Below are positions 7,832 to 17,481 of a DNA stretch of 32,153 nucleotides, in pieces. How positions within the stretch are numbered: position 1 is the first letter of the stretch; every line of letters begins with the position of its first letter. The notes under the pieces are model-generated. The model did not search any database. It worked only from the letters and a program-made list of their open reading frames with translations, and had not been told where the DNA came from. The stretch is taken from contig JBMFMV010000013.1 of assembly GCA_049970495.1 (NCBI GenBank), positions 1 through 32,153 of the forward strand, given 5' to 3'. This DNA comes from a bacterium. Lineage in GTDB: Bacteria > DUMJ01. The position numbers and the translations under genes are program-made.

Positions 7832-9820
7832 CTACTTCTCTAAATACCACTGAATTGGGTCAGCTGCCAGCCACCAGGATGTATCATCACCCCAATAGCA
7901 CTTGCTTGGGAAGTTCTTTATATAGTTCTTAGCTACTATAGGTCTATTTGGTAGTCCTACAGTGCCTATTAGCCAGAGGTTACTTGCCTGATTATCCCAT
8001 ATCTTCTGAGCAATTTCTTTATACTTTGTTGGTGTAACAGTTATGTACCACTGATCTAATAGGTCCATAAACTTGGTAAACTCCTCCCCACACTTTCCAG
8101 TTGGCTTCTCCCCAGATTTACCACCGGTATCTCTCCAAAGACCCCACTGAACAGCCCATCCTATCTCACTTCTTGGATTATACTTAGTCCATCCAGGAAT
8201 AGTCACTCTAAATTCCATCATCCTATCTGTATGCCATACCCCTACGTCAAGTTCTCCTGCTTGAGATCTAGTTTGGTATAGAGATCTTTCATCCTCTTTC
8301 ATGACAGTCTTAATACCTATATCTTTCCAGTATTTGACTATGAGTTCGAGTGTTTCTTTAGCAAAAGCTAATCCTTGAGAATATTCTATAGTTATTTCCA
8401 AAGGCTTTCCATCTGGACGTAACCTAAACCCATCTGGTCCTTTCTTAAGACCCATCTCGTCTAGAAGTTTATTGGCGGTAGCTGGATCAAATTTAGCATA
8501 AGCCTTAGCCCATTCATCTTTAAAGAAACTGCAATCAGGATGGACTGTAGCCTGCATAGGAATGCCTTGACCTAAAAATACCATCTGGTTTATCTCTTCC
8601 CTGTTTATAGCTAAAGACATTGCCCTCCTGAATCTGACATCTTGGAAGATTTCTCTTTTTACTGGATCTTTGTGATTTAGATTAAATCCTAACGCTATCT
8701 CTGCAGGCACCGGACTAGGCCACATATATACTGTATAACCACCCTTCTTTTCATTCTCCTTAAGTAATGTATAATCTGGGACCTCTAACCACATACCTGC
8801 ATAATCTAATTCGCCGCTTACAAGCTTCATCACCATCGTCTCTCTAGATGGAGTGACTACAACATTGAGCTTATCTATATATGGTAGTTGATTGCCTACA
8901 GTATCAACTGCTGCGAAGTATGGATTTCTCACATATATAGCGCCTGTTGTTGTCTTCTTCTGAAGCATCCAAGGATGTATTGTAGGACAGTTTGCATCTT
9001 GCTGAGAAGGTGTAATGTTATTATGGAAGGCGAAACATTTATACCAAGCATCAAAACCTTCTTGTTTTGCTATCTTTTCTGCGTCTGGATTATATTTTAT
9101 ATGCCACTTCTTAAGATAATGTGCAGGGACAAAGAAGTTTTGCTGCATAGAACCAAAATATCCTAAAATTGAAAGAATTGGTTTATACGGAGCTGCAAAT
9201 TTTATTCTTAGAGTATAGTCATTGACCTTTTCAAATTTTGCTAGTTTTCCTCCTGGCATCCAGTGCTTTGGTGGTATAGGAGTTAATTCTTTGTTGTTTA
9301 TAATATCATTCCACCAGAAAAGTATATCGTCTACTGTAAATGGCTGTCCGTCTGACCACTTCATCCCTTCCCTTAAGTAGAGAGTAATGGTTCTAGCATC
9401 CTTAGAGAATTCGTATCCTTTTGCCAAAAAAGGTATTACCTTTTGTGTATTCTTATCTATCCAATAAAGATATGGAATCCTTACATGTGCTCCACCATCA
9501 TTATTCCAGCTATTTGGTTCAGCAGCAGGAGCCCACAGTTCTCCACCGTACTTCCCAATCTTTTCTATAGGTTGAACTACTAATGGTTCTTTAGGTAGTC
9601 TTTGTTCTACTGGGGGGAGTTTACCCTGTTTTACTAATTCAGCTAATTCTGGAGCTTCGCTGAATTTTGTGATCTTCTTACCCGTTATCTTCTCATACTC
9701 TGCTGGTGTAGCGTAATACTTAGCTGAAGGCATCTTCTCAGCAGAGAAAGCAGAGATCACACCAATAAAAATACTAAAAATCACAAATACTGACACTAAT
9801 ACAATCCATAACTTCCTCAT
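7832..9820 (-). CDS. ABC transporter substrate-binding protein, family 5 (Opp/Dpp fold, probably oligosaccharide-binding)
   Basis: Signal peptide; EAPELAELVKQGKLPPVEQRLP, LREGMKWSDGQPFTVDD, RNPYF..VD..GNQLPYID, RFRRAMSLAINR; AGGAGG RBS. Confidence 0.93.
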   Translation of the reverse strand: MRKLWIVLVSVFVIFSIFIGVISAFSAEKMPSAKYYATPAEYEKITGKKITKFSEAPELAELVKQGKLPPVEQRLPKEPLVVQPIEKIGKYGGELWAPAAEPNSWNNDGGAHVRIPYLYWIDKNTQKVIPFLAKGYEFSKDARTITLYLREGMKWSDGQPFTVDDILFWWNDIINNKELTPIPPKHWMPGGKLAKFEKVNDYTLRIKFAAPYKPILSILGYFGSMQQNFFVPAHYLKKWHIKYNPDAEKIAKQEGFDAWYKCFAFHNNITPSQQDANCPTIHPWMLQKKTTTGAIYVRNPYFAAVDTVGNQLPYIDKLNVVVTPSRETMVMKLVSGELDYAGMWLEVPDYTLLKENEKKGGYTVYMWPSPVPAEIALGFNLNHKDPVKREIFQDVRFRRAMSLAINREEINQMVFLGQGIPMQATVHPDCSFFKDEWAKAYAKFDPATANKLLDEMGLKKGPDGFRLRPDGKPLEITIEYSQGLAFAKETLELIVKYWKDIGIKTVMKEDERSLYQTRSQAGELDVGVWHTDRMMEFRVTIPGWTKYNPRSEIGWAVQWGLWRDTGGKSGEKPTGKCGEEFTKFMDLLDQWYITVTPTKYKEIAQKIWDNQASNLWLIGTVGLPNRPIVAKNYIKNFPSKCYWGDDTSWWLAADPIQWYLEK

Positions 9821-10129
9821 ACCAGTACCTCCTTTTCACCCGTATTTTGATTGTTTTACACATTACCCAAACTCGGGTTTACTTAACTGAATCTCTCTGA
9901 TAGTATAGATGTCCAACTTGCTTAGCTTCTTTATCACCCCCTTCAGAAACAGTAGATCTTTCCTAGACTCTAGGATCCCTTTTTAGTTTTACTTCTCTCT
10001 ATAGCCTTACTATATCTTATCTTTATAGCCAAACCTAAAACATTAGATGCTCTACTTGTAGAAAACATTTTTAGATTATTCAGCCAGATAGAGTTATGAT
10101 AAGTAAAGGGCCTAAGTTATAATACTTTT

Positions 10130-10143
10130 AAGGTGCGTTCCCA
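10130..10143. promoter_or_regulatory. Possible LacI-family operator (AAGGTGCGTTCCCA)
   Basis: CG-centred imperfect palindrome, 10/14 match to the CelR-type TGGGAGCGCTCCCA; lies downstream of the minus-strand promoter. Confidence 0.3.
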
Positions 10144-10198
10144 TTCCTTATAAATCCCTATATTCCGAAGTACTATCTTTTATGCTAACTTTATCTAC

Positions 10199-10227
10199 AT
10201 TTTATCTTCTTCTCTGGCATTTGTCAA
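10199..10227 (-). promoter_or_regulatory. sigma70 promoter for the SBP-glycosidase operon
   Basis: Minus strand TTGACA (10227-10222), 17 bp, TAAAAT (10204-10199). Confidence 0.7.
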
Positions 10228-10249
10228 GAGTCTGTATGAAAGTATTCAT

Positions 10250-10278
10250 TTGACAAAATTTTAAAGGCGAGTTATAAT
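10250..10278 (+). promoter_or_regulatory. Consensus sigma70 promoter for kdgK
   Basis: TTGACA (10250-10255), 17 bp, TATAAT (10273-10278); followed by the inverted repeat AGTTTTA-N5-TAAAACT (10287-10305) and an AGGAGG RBS. Confidence 0.85.
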
Positions 10279-10317
10279 TCAAACTAAGTTTTATTTAGTA
10301 AAACTAAAGGAGGTAAT

Positions 10318-11265
10318 ATGCCTGAGGTCGTAGGTTTAGGGGAAATAATGGTGGTAATGGACCCATTAAGAAATGGACCTTTAAGTAGTGTGGAATTATT
10401 TAGAAAGACTGTTGGAGGAGCAGAGGGTAATGTCTGTATAGGCGTCTCAAGGTTAGGTTATTCTGCTGGATGGATAGGAAGATTAGGTAATGATGAATTT
10501 GGAAGATTTATTCTCTCTTATTTAAGGGCAGAGAATATTGATGTGTCTTGTGTAAAAATTGTGGAAGGATATACAGGTGTATATTTTAAAGAAAGAAGGG
10601 GCTTAGGTGATGTCAAGGCTTTTTACTACAGAAGAGGTTCTGCTGGAAGTACACTTACCCCAGAGGATATTCCTATAGAATATCTAAGAGATATCAAATT
10701 CTTCCATACTACAGGAATCACTCTTGCGTTGAGTGAAAGCGCTAGAAAGACAGCTATACATAGTATAGAGATAGCGAAGAATTTAGGTGTAAAAGTCTCA
10801 TTTGATGTTAATCTTAGACTTAAACTCTGGTCGAAGGAGGCTGCTCTAGAGGAGATAAGTAAGATCATCCCTAAGATAGATGTATTCTTTTTGACTATGG
10901 ATGAGGGGAAGATACTCTTTGATATAAATTCACCTGAAGAGCTTATAGAACATATACTCTCACTCGGTTCAAGGATCGTATGTGTAAAGCTAGGTAGAGA
11001 GGGATCAATGGTTGGAGATAGTGCCGGGATACATTCTGTCCCTGCCTTTACCAGTTTCTTTTCGATAGATAATGTTGGAGCTGGGGATGGTTTTGTAGCT
11101 GGCTTCTTAGTGGGACAGCTAAAGGGGTGGGACATAAAGGATTCTGCCTTACTTGGTAATATAGTTGGAGCTTATGCCACAACTACCACTGGTGATAATG
11201 ATGGACTACCAACATGGAGTGAAGTGGAAGAGTTCTTGGGGAAGAAGGAGACGATAAGGAGATAA
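10318..11265 (+). CDS. kdgK: PfkB-family sugar kinase, 2-keto-3-deoxygluconate kinase-like
   Basis: GLGEIM, GGAEGNV, YYRRGSAGS, TGITLALS, SFDVNLRLKLW, DNVGAGDGF. Confidence 0.8.
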   Translation: MPEVVGLGEIMVVMDPLRNGPLSSVELFRKTVGGAEGNVCIGVSRLGYSAGWIGRLGNDEFGRFILSYLRAENIDVSCVKIVEGYTGVYFKERRGLGDVKAFYYRRGSAGSTLTPEDIPIEYLRDIKFFHTTGITLALSESARKTAIHSIEIAKNLGVKVSFDVNLRLKLWSKEAALEEISKIIPKIDVFFLTMDEGKILFDINSPEELIEHILSLGSRIVCVKLGREGSMVGDSAGIHSVPAFTSFFSIDNVGAGDGFVAGFLVGQLKGWDIKDSALLGNIVGAYATTTTGDNDGLPTWSEVEEFLGKKETIRR

Positions 11266-11288
11266 TGATCTTTTATAGAGAATGAGGG

Positions 11289-12077
11289 ATGATTTTTTTG
11301 AAGGCAGGATTCTGTACAAATGTATTTAAGCCCGATGAAATGGAATATGCCATAAAGAGGCTAGCTGAACTTGGATATGATGGTTTGGAATTCTGGCAGC
11401 AATATTTGGATAACATTGATATAAAATGGCTAAAAGACCTTATGGAGGGATTAGGACTTGAGACTGCTCAAGTATGCCCTTACTTTAACTTTACTGGGAC
11501 AGAAGAAGAGTGGAAAGAGAGTATTAATTTAGCTAAGAGATATATAAATATAGCCTTAATCCTTAACTGTAAGAGGATTAGGATATTTACTGGACATATA
11601 GCTGGTAGCTTTGCTACAGATATCCAGTGGAATATGGGGATAAAAGGAGTAAGGGAGATATGTGATCTTGGTCTTGAGCATAATCTAGACTTTATATTAG
11701 AGATGCATTACGATTCTCTTATGGATACTTCAGATAATGCTTTAAGACTTATAGAAGGAGTGGATAGACCGAACCTAAAGATTAATCTACAAGTTCCTAT
11801 AGATGACGAAGATGTACTTTACAGTGCTAAGAAACTTGGTAAATATACTGCTCATCTGCATGCCCATAACTGGATAACGAAAGATGGCAAGATAAATTAT
11901 ACTTTTTTAGACTCAGGAGAGATGGATTTTGAAAAGTTTATAAAGACCTTACAGGAGGAAGGTTTTGACGGATATATATCTATAGAGCACGCCTTACATC
12001 ATCCTGTTTGGGAGACAGCAGAACATGAGATAAGATTCCTAAAAGGGCTTATAAGTAGATTGAGTAATAGTTTATAA
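11289..12077 (+). CDS. Sugar phosphate isomerase/epimerase (xylose isomerase-like TIM barrel)
   Basis: GYDGLE, LEMH, HLHAHN, G.MDF, GFDGYISIE metal-binding motifs. Confidence 0.85.
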   Translation: MIFLKAGFCTNVFKPDEMEYAIKRLAELGYDGLEFWQQYLDNIDIKWLKDLMEGLGLETAQVCPYFNFTGTEEEWKESINLAKRYINIALILNCKRIRIFTGHIAGSFATDIQWNMGIKGVREICDLGLEHNLDFILEMHYDSLMDTSDNALRLIEGVDRPNLKINLQVPIDDEDVLYSAKKLGKYTAHLHAHNWITKDGKINYTFLDSGEMDFEKFIKTLQEEGFDGYISIEHALHHPVWETAEHEIRFLKGLISRLSNSL

Positions 12078-12211
12078 AAGTTTTTAATTATTAGAAGACT
12101 CTTTTTTGTCACCAATACTTAAAAATCTTAGGGCTAAATTTGATAGAAGAAAAACTTTTCTCTGTTTTTCTTTATAAGAGCCAACGTTTGCGTTTTTCTT
12201 TTTTTCTTCTA

Positions 12212-12240
12212 TTGTCTACAGCTTTATTCTAGTCTATACT
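12212..12240 (+). promoter_or_regulatory. Putative sigma70 promoter of the 8-gene envelope operon
   Basis: TTGTCT (12212-12217), 17 bp, TATACT (12235-12240). Confidence 0.55.
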
Positions 12241-12268
12241 TATGTAGTAGAATATATTATGAAAGGGG

Positions 12269-12964
12269 TTGAAAAGTTTGGCTGATAAGAAATTTTATAG
12301 GGTTATTTCTAGAATAGATGGTTTCCCTTACGGGGGAAGGTATTTTGATGATATAGAGATAATCTGGTTTTATTCTGAGAGAAGAGAAGCCCCCTTAGTA
12401 AACTATGAAGAGTTAATAGAAAACTATAGAGAGAAGAAGCAGAAGAATTCTACTGAGAAGTTAGAGAGCTATATAGATGAGTTTTTTGCCCTTCACGAGG
12501 CTACAAGATTAAAGAAATTTTTAGACCAGCACTTTAAAGACATAGTTACAGAGATAAGGGAAGTTGATTCAATACCTACTAACTTAGATGTTACACCTCT
12601 AAAAGAAATCCCTGTTGGGGGTGGTATTGATTTTTATCTTCTTTGGAAAGAGGATAAGTACCCTCTCTCTTTCAAGGTAGAAGGAATTTTTGATATAAGA
12701 CCTGTATGGCGAAGGACTACTCAGAAGAGGTGGAAGATAGAACTTGCTCTGAATGACATGGACCTTTATGAACTCCCTTCTCTCACTGTTGCAGATAGGA
12801 GTATATATGTCTTGGACGCCGGAAAGCTTGGTGGAGATTTTTTGGTGCTCTGTCGAGATGAGGGGGTAGAGAGATTTTTAAGAGAAAAGGGATTTGAGTT
12901 AGAAGAAGTTCCTGGTAAGCTCTATAGGCTTTCGTTTAAAGGTGATGATAAACCGCAGATTTAA
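12269..12964 (+). CDS. Hypothetical soluble protein
   Basis: 231-aa ORF with typical codon usage; TTG at 12278 fits the AAAGGGG RBS spacing better; overlaps the next gene. Confidence 0.8.
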   Translation: MKSLADKKFYRVISRIDGFPYGGRYFDDIEIIWFYSERREAPLVNYEELIENYREKKQKNSTEKLESYIDEFFALHEATRLKKFLDQHFKDIVTEIREVDSIPTNLDVTPLKEIPVGGGIDFYLLWKEDKYPLSFKVEGIFDIRPVWRRTTQKRWKIELALNDMDLYELPSLTVADRSIYVLDAGKLGGDFLVLCRDEGVERFLREKGFELEEVPGKLYRLSFKGDDKPQI

Positions 12965-14774
12965 TATAGTTATCATTACACTAGTCTTATTTTTACTGCC
13001 TGGGCTTGCTAAGGCAGACTATTTTCTTAGTGGAAGCTTCTTTTCTTCTGAGACAGATATAAATAAATTACCTCTAGAAGTTTCTTCTATTACATTTGGT
13101 CTCAATGATAGATTATATCTTCTAGATAAAAGAGAAGAGAAGATACAGATATATTCTCCTGAGGGAATACTTGAGAAGGAGATTCATTCCAAGGCTGAAG
13201 TTATTACTGTAGACCCTTGGGGAAATATCTATGCTGTTACTAGAGGAAGGTTTGTAGACCGATTTGACCCGCTGGGTAAGTATATTAACAGTATTATCCT
13301 TGAGTCTAAAGATACTATTTATGATTTTATCTCTTATTCGGGCTTTATCTCCGTAGATGAGAGAGGCTATATATATGTCGTTAATGCAAGTTCTGGGAAA
13401 GTCTCTATATATTCTCCTACTGGTAGGTTTGTTGGAGATTTAGTTAAAAGTGGATATGGAGCCTCTGACTTAACTATGGTAAATGCAGTAGCTATAGATT
13501 CTAGAGGGAATATTTATGTAGCTGGGAGTTTACCAAAGTCTACAGTTAGTAGATTTGAACCAAACTATATTGTAATAAAAAGAATGGATTACCAAGGACA
13601 TCAAAATATGACCTTTGGACCAATCATAAATGCCTTTATTGGTGGAATAGTTGTAGATCGGTTGGGGAACCTCTATGTGTTAGATACATCTTCTTGTTAC
13701 GTGTATAAATTTGATAAGAGGGGTGCTCTTGTTACTAGATTTTTCGCTGGTAGGGGAGCTACTTGCATTGCTATACGTAGTGATGGATATATAGCTATAG
13801 GATATGGTGGAGAGGTAAAACTCTTTCATCTATCTAGGCTGATGAAGGTCATAGATAATGCTAATAGGGCATTAATTGATGGTAATTATGACCTTTCTAT
13901 AAGATATTGGAATGAGGCATTAAGATTAAATAACTATATGAAGTTTATCCATTCTGGCTTAGGCGAGACATTTCTTTATATGAAAGATTATAGATCTGCA
14001 CTTAGGGAGTTTAAACTAGCGGAGGATAAGTTTAGGTATTCTAATACGGTTGTCCTTTACAGAAGAGAGATCTTTTATAGATATATAATTCTCTGGGGTG
14101 TATCATTCCTTATTATTACGAATGCTCTCATCTTTTGGGGTAGAAGGTTATTATTAATTGTATTCAATAATATTTTTGGGCGAATGATATATTCACCAGT
14201 TAGGGCTCTATTGGAAGTTAAAGGAAGACCTGTCTACTTAGGCTTTGCTCTGCTTATTACTTTAGCATTTGTAGATGCACTAAATAGAAAGTTTACAAAT
14301 TACATATTTCAGCCTACTCTAGAGGATATAAACTATTTATTCTTTCGTAGATTACTTATGTTCTCTGGATTGTGGTTTGTAAGTGGCACTGTATTTTATA
14401 GTATTGGAGAGATATTTGATGGTATGGGGACATGGAAGCAGTGTATGGTAACAACGATCTTTTGTATAGTTCCATATATACTTTTTTCTTTTCCAGTATC
14501 TTTGATTAGTAATCTTCTTACATTTCAGGAGAAGATATACTATGATTATGCTAGGCAAGGATTAATGATCTGGAGTTGCGTTCTTTTCTTTATAAATGTC
14601 TACACCACACAACAGTTATCGCCCACTAGAAATCTGCTAATTTCCTTTCTGACTGCACTAGGATTAGTCTTTGCAATATCTATTATTCTCTTTCTTCAGG
14701 GTATAAACAGAGAATTGTGGGGATTTATGAAGGATATCTATCTTGAGGCATGGTATAGGTTAGTAGGGTACTGA
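12942..14774 (+). CDS. NHL-repeat beta-propeller / TPR / Yip1-like membrane domain fusion protein
   Basis: Signal peptide (...GLAKA-D); repeated VDxxGNIYV blades; TPR-like YWNEALRLNN...SGLGE..L...DY..A..EFK; several C-terminal TM helices with a Yip1-like IFDGMGTWK...PYIL pattern. Confidence 0.85.
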   Translation: MMINRRFNIVIITLVLFLLPGLAKADYFLSGSFFSSETDINKLPLEVSSITFGLNDRLYLLDKREEKIQIYSPEGILEKEIHSKAEVITVDPWGNIYAVTRGRFVDRFDPLGKYINSIILESKDTIYDFISYSGFISVDERGYIYVVNASSGKVSIYSPTGRFVGDLVKSGYGASDLTMVNAVAIDSRGNIYVAGSLPKSTVSRFEPNYIVIKRMDYQGHQNMTFGPIINAFIGGIVVDRLGNLYVLDTSSCYVYKFDKRGALVTRFFAGRGATCIAIRSDGYIAIGYGGEVKLFHLSRLMKVIDNANRALIDGNYDLSIRYWNEALRLNNYMKFIHSGLGETFLYMKDYRSALREFKLAEDKFRYSNTVVLYRREIFYRYIILWGVSFLIITNALIFWGRRLLLIVFNNIFGRMIYSPVRALLEVKGRPVYLGFALLITLAFVDALNRKFTNYIFQPTLEDINYLFFRRLLMFSGLWFVSGTVFYSIGEIFDGMGTWKQCMVTTIFCIVPYILFSFPVSLISNLLTFQEKIYYDYARQGLMIWSCVLFFINVYTTQQLSPTRNLLISFLTALGLVFAISIILFLQGINRELWGFMKDIYLEAWYRLVGY

Positions 14775-16777
14775 TGAAACAAATACTTAGTCTAACATTT
14801 ATCTTACTACTGATAACTTCTGTTGCTTATGCAGAACTGGATATGTCTTATGATGTAAATAAAGACTTACTTATTGTTAGCGGAGGAAATTACACCATGA
14901 CTAGCTCCCCTTTAGATTGGACATCTGTAAATGACTATTGGGATTCAAAGATAAGATCGATGTTTATTGTTGAATATTGGGATAATGCGTTAGGTAATTC
15001 TAGACTTCTGTTTTCTTACAATGCCAAAAGAACTGTTCATTGTAATAACAATATTTTAGAGATAGACTATAAGTTTATCCCTATAAATTTTAGTTTTAAG
15101 GTTAAGCTCTATAATGGGGGAGATTACTTTGAAGTAATATTACCGCATGAAACCTTTAAAGAAGACCCCTCTTTTCCTATAGTTAGTGTATTGTTTCTGC
15201 CATATCTTAATGCTGGTAGAGTTGGAGAGAAGGGATATATTGTTATACCTGATGGTTGTGGAACTATTGTACAGTTCAACAAGTTTTTTGGTGTAACTAC
15301 GCTTGAAAAGCAAATTTACGGAGACTTGACCCCTACTGACTACAATATAAATAGTATACCAATTACTCTACCTATCTTTGGATGTATAAAGAAGAATTTT
15401 GGGTTTACTGGGATAATTACTGAGGGTGGGGAATCTTGTGGACTAGTGATGGATATGGCTCCAGGTAATGGGTATTACTCAATAGGGGCTAAATTCTATT
15501 ATAGGAAGATATTTGAAGATATATACCGTAAAAAAAGGATAACCCCTAGAAGGGATAGTAAAGATAGGGCTGTTCGCTTTTATCTACTTCAGGATCAACT
15601 TGCCAATTATGTGGGAGTTGGTAAGACATACAGGGAATACCTCTTGAAAGAAAAGCATATTAAGTCATTAAGAGAGAAGGTTAAAGCCTTTAGTTATCTA
15701 GACCCAGGTGTAATGGATATAAGTATATTTATGGGGATAAAGAGGGGATTCCAGCTTTTTAACCCTATAATTAGATTAACCTCTTTTAGACAGATAAACT
15801 GGATAATAGATAGATTGAAGGATTCAGGGATAAGAGCTAATCTAATTCTTAGTGGATGGGAAAAGTCAGGGTTTGAGGGAGAAAATCCTACTACATTTCC
15901 CCCATTTGATGGATATGGAGGTCTTAAATCTGTAGTGGAGAAAGCTAAAGGTTCTGGAAACTTTATTAGTCTCTCTGCTAATTTCTTTGAGATATATCAG
16001 AACTCTAAAGATTTTTACAGAAGGCTAACTCTAAAGAGCCCTGTTAAATTGCCCGTAGAACAAAATACATATAGGAGAGGATTTATTATCTGTCCTCAGG
16101 TAGCTCTAACTAAGTTTCAGAGGTTTTATAGCGAGGCAAAAAAAGTTGGGATAACAGCAATACAACTGAGACGTCTGGGTAGAGGGCTCATAGAGTGTTT
16201 TGATGATGAGCATCCTGTTAATAGGTTTAATTCTGCAGAAATATACTCAAAAATGCTTAATTTGGCTGGTATAGTCGAGGGTGGTTGTGGTTATGGGGTG
16301 GATATGGTGAATACATTTATATCTATACCATCGACGAGTTCAGGATTTTTTGGTGGAGAATCCATTCCTCTGTGGCAGATAGCGTTGCATGGTATAGTTA
16401 GATATTCGTTTGAGCCTATGAATCTTAGGAAGGATTTTGATTATGAGTTTCTCAAAAATTTAGAATATGGAGCATTACCGACTGCTGTATTAACTTATGA
16501 GTCTCCTATACTAATAATGGATACATTTTATAAAGACCTTTTCAGTTCTAGATTTTTAGACTGGCAGAGTGATTTAAAAAGAGAGTATGAGCTTTTTAAT
16601 AAGAGACTCGGCTATCTGCAGTACCAGTTTATTATTGATCATAGAGAGTTGAATAGACATATCTATCAAACAACTTATAGTGACGAGACTAAAGTTATAG
16701 TAAATTACTCTAATAAAGAATTTAATGGTATAAAACCTTTAGGATATAAGATAATTAGAGGAGGCAATACACAGTGA
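14774..16777 (+). CDS. Secreted DUF5696-like protein (glycoside-hydrolase-like fold)
   Basis: Signal peptide (...VAYA-E); GYIVIPDGCG, LPIFG, YVGVGKTYREYL, IPLWQIALHG, LEYGALP, TTYSDETKVIVNY; TGATG coupling to the upstream gene. Confidence 0.8.
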   Translation: MKQILSLTFILLLITSVAYAELDMSYDVNKDLLIVSGGNYTMTSSPLDWTSVNDYWDSKIRSMFIVEYWDNALGNSRLLFSYNAKRTVHCNNNILEIDYKFIPINFSFKVKLYNGGDYFEVILPHETFKEDPSFPIVSVLFLPYLNAGRVGEKGYIVIPDGCGTIVQFNKFFGVTTLEKQIYGDLTPTDYNINSIPITLPIFGCIKKNFGFTGIITEGGESCGLVMDMAPGNGYYSIGAKFYYRKIFEDIYRKKRITPRRDSKDRAVRFYLLQDQLANYVGVGKTYREYLLKEKHIKSLREKVKAFSYLDPGVMDISIFMGIKRGFQLFNPIIRLTSFRQINWIIDRLKDSGIRANLILSGWEKSGFEGENPTTFPPFDGYGGLKSVVEKAKGSGNFISLSANFFEIYQNSKDFYRRLTLKSPVKLPVEQNTYRRGFIICPQVALTKFQRFYSEAKKVGITAIQLRRLGRGLIECFDDEHPVNRFNSAEIYSKMLNLAGIVEGGCGYGVDMVNTFISIPSTSSGFFGGESIPLWQIALHGIVRYSFEPMNLRKDFDYEFLKNLEYGALPTAVLTYESPILIMDTFYKDLFSSRFLDWQSDLKREYELFNKRLGYLQYQFIIDHRELNRHIYQTTYSDETKVIVNYSNKEFNGIKPLGYKIIRGGNTQ

Positions 16778-17478
16778 AGTGGATTATGTTACTCATCTCT
16801 CCTTCTGAAGCCTGGCCTAAATTTAAGAATACAAGTTGGCTTATAGTTCCTATCTTAGTTGGGATTGCCTCTGCGTTATGTAACTTCTATATCACAGTAG
16901 ACCCAAACGTTATATATCTTAAATCTGAAGTGATAGTAAGATTAACACATAACAATTATTTTACACTCCCAGAAGGAGAAGGGGTAATAAAGCTAGCATT
17001 AACCTTAAGTTTTGTCTTATTGCCCTTATGGTATATCTTTAGGATACTTATAGAGAGTATTATTGTAAAGCGTATATTTAATGAGGATATAGATTATGGT
17101 AGGCTATTACTTATCTTTTCATTGTCTCTTCTGCCCCTAATTCCTATAAGACTTGTTACTACTTATTTTCTTAAGATAAAAGGTTTAGAAAGTCTAGCGG
17201 ACCTTAGAGACTTAAACATAACATTAAGTCCTGTCCTTTTTTATGCATTAAATAGAGATATCCTTAGAAATGATACGCTCTATCTATTCCTTAGGGAGGT
17301 AAGCCTTCAAAATATCTGGTGTATGGGTATATTTGTTGGAACTTCCTCTAAAGAAGGTATAAGTCCTAGGTATAGTATCTTTATGTTTCTTATACCGTTA
17401 TTAGTAGTAAGGTCAATAGAGATACTTTGGGAAAACTATAGTTATAATATAATATGGTTTCTTCTGGTTGGAGGTTAA
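16774..17478 (+). CDS. Yip1/YknW-like integral membrane protein
   Basis: LISPSEAW N-terminus and about 5 hydrophobic segments; GTGA overlap; sits before an efflux adaptor. Confidence 0.6.
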   Translation: MKWIMLLISPSEAWPKFKNTSWLIVPILVGIASALCNFYITVDPNVIYLKSEVIVRLTHNNYFTLPEGEGVIKLALTLSFVLLPLWYIFRILIESIIVKRIFNEDIDYGRLLLIFSLSLLPLIPIRLVTTYFLKIKGLESLADLRDLNITLSPVLFYALNRDILRNDTLYLFLREVSLQNIWCMGIFVGTSSKEGISPRYSIFMFLIPLLVVRSIEILWENYSYNIIWFLLVGG

Positions 17479-17481
17479 AAG

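Noticed and set aside
9863..9937. 24-codon minus-strand ORF (VIKKLSKLDIYTIREIQLSKPEFG) in the SBP leader
   Set aside because: The SD-like sequence overlaps the start codon, and there is no homology or leader-peptide signature.
10626..11135. 169-aa minus-strand ORF; likewise 14352-14558, 17494-17784, 18256-18534, 19619-19840, 24310-24525, 26130-26312, 27932-28132, 31085-31357 and 31804-31986
   Set aside because: All antisense to confidently identified genes; typical shadow ORFs.
12078..12211. T-rich intergenic stretch as a possible repeat array or sRNA
   Set aside because: No periodic repeats, stable hairpin or ORF; low complexity only.
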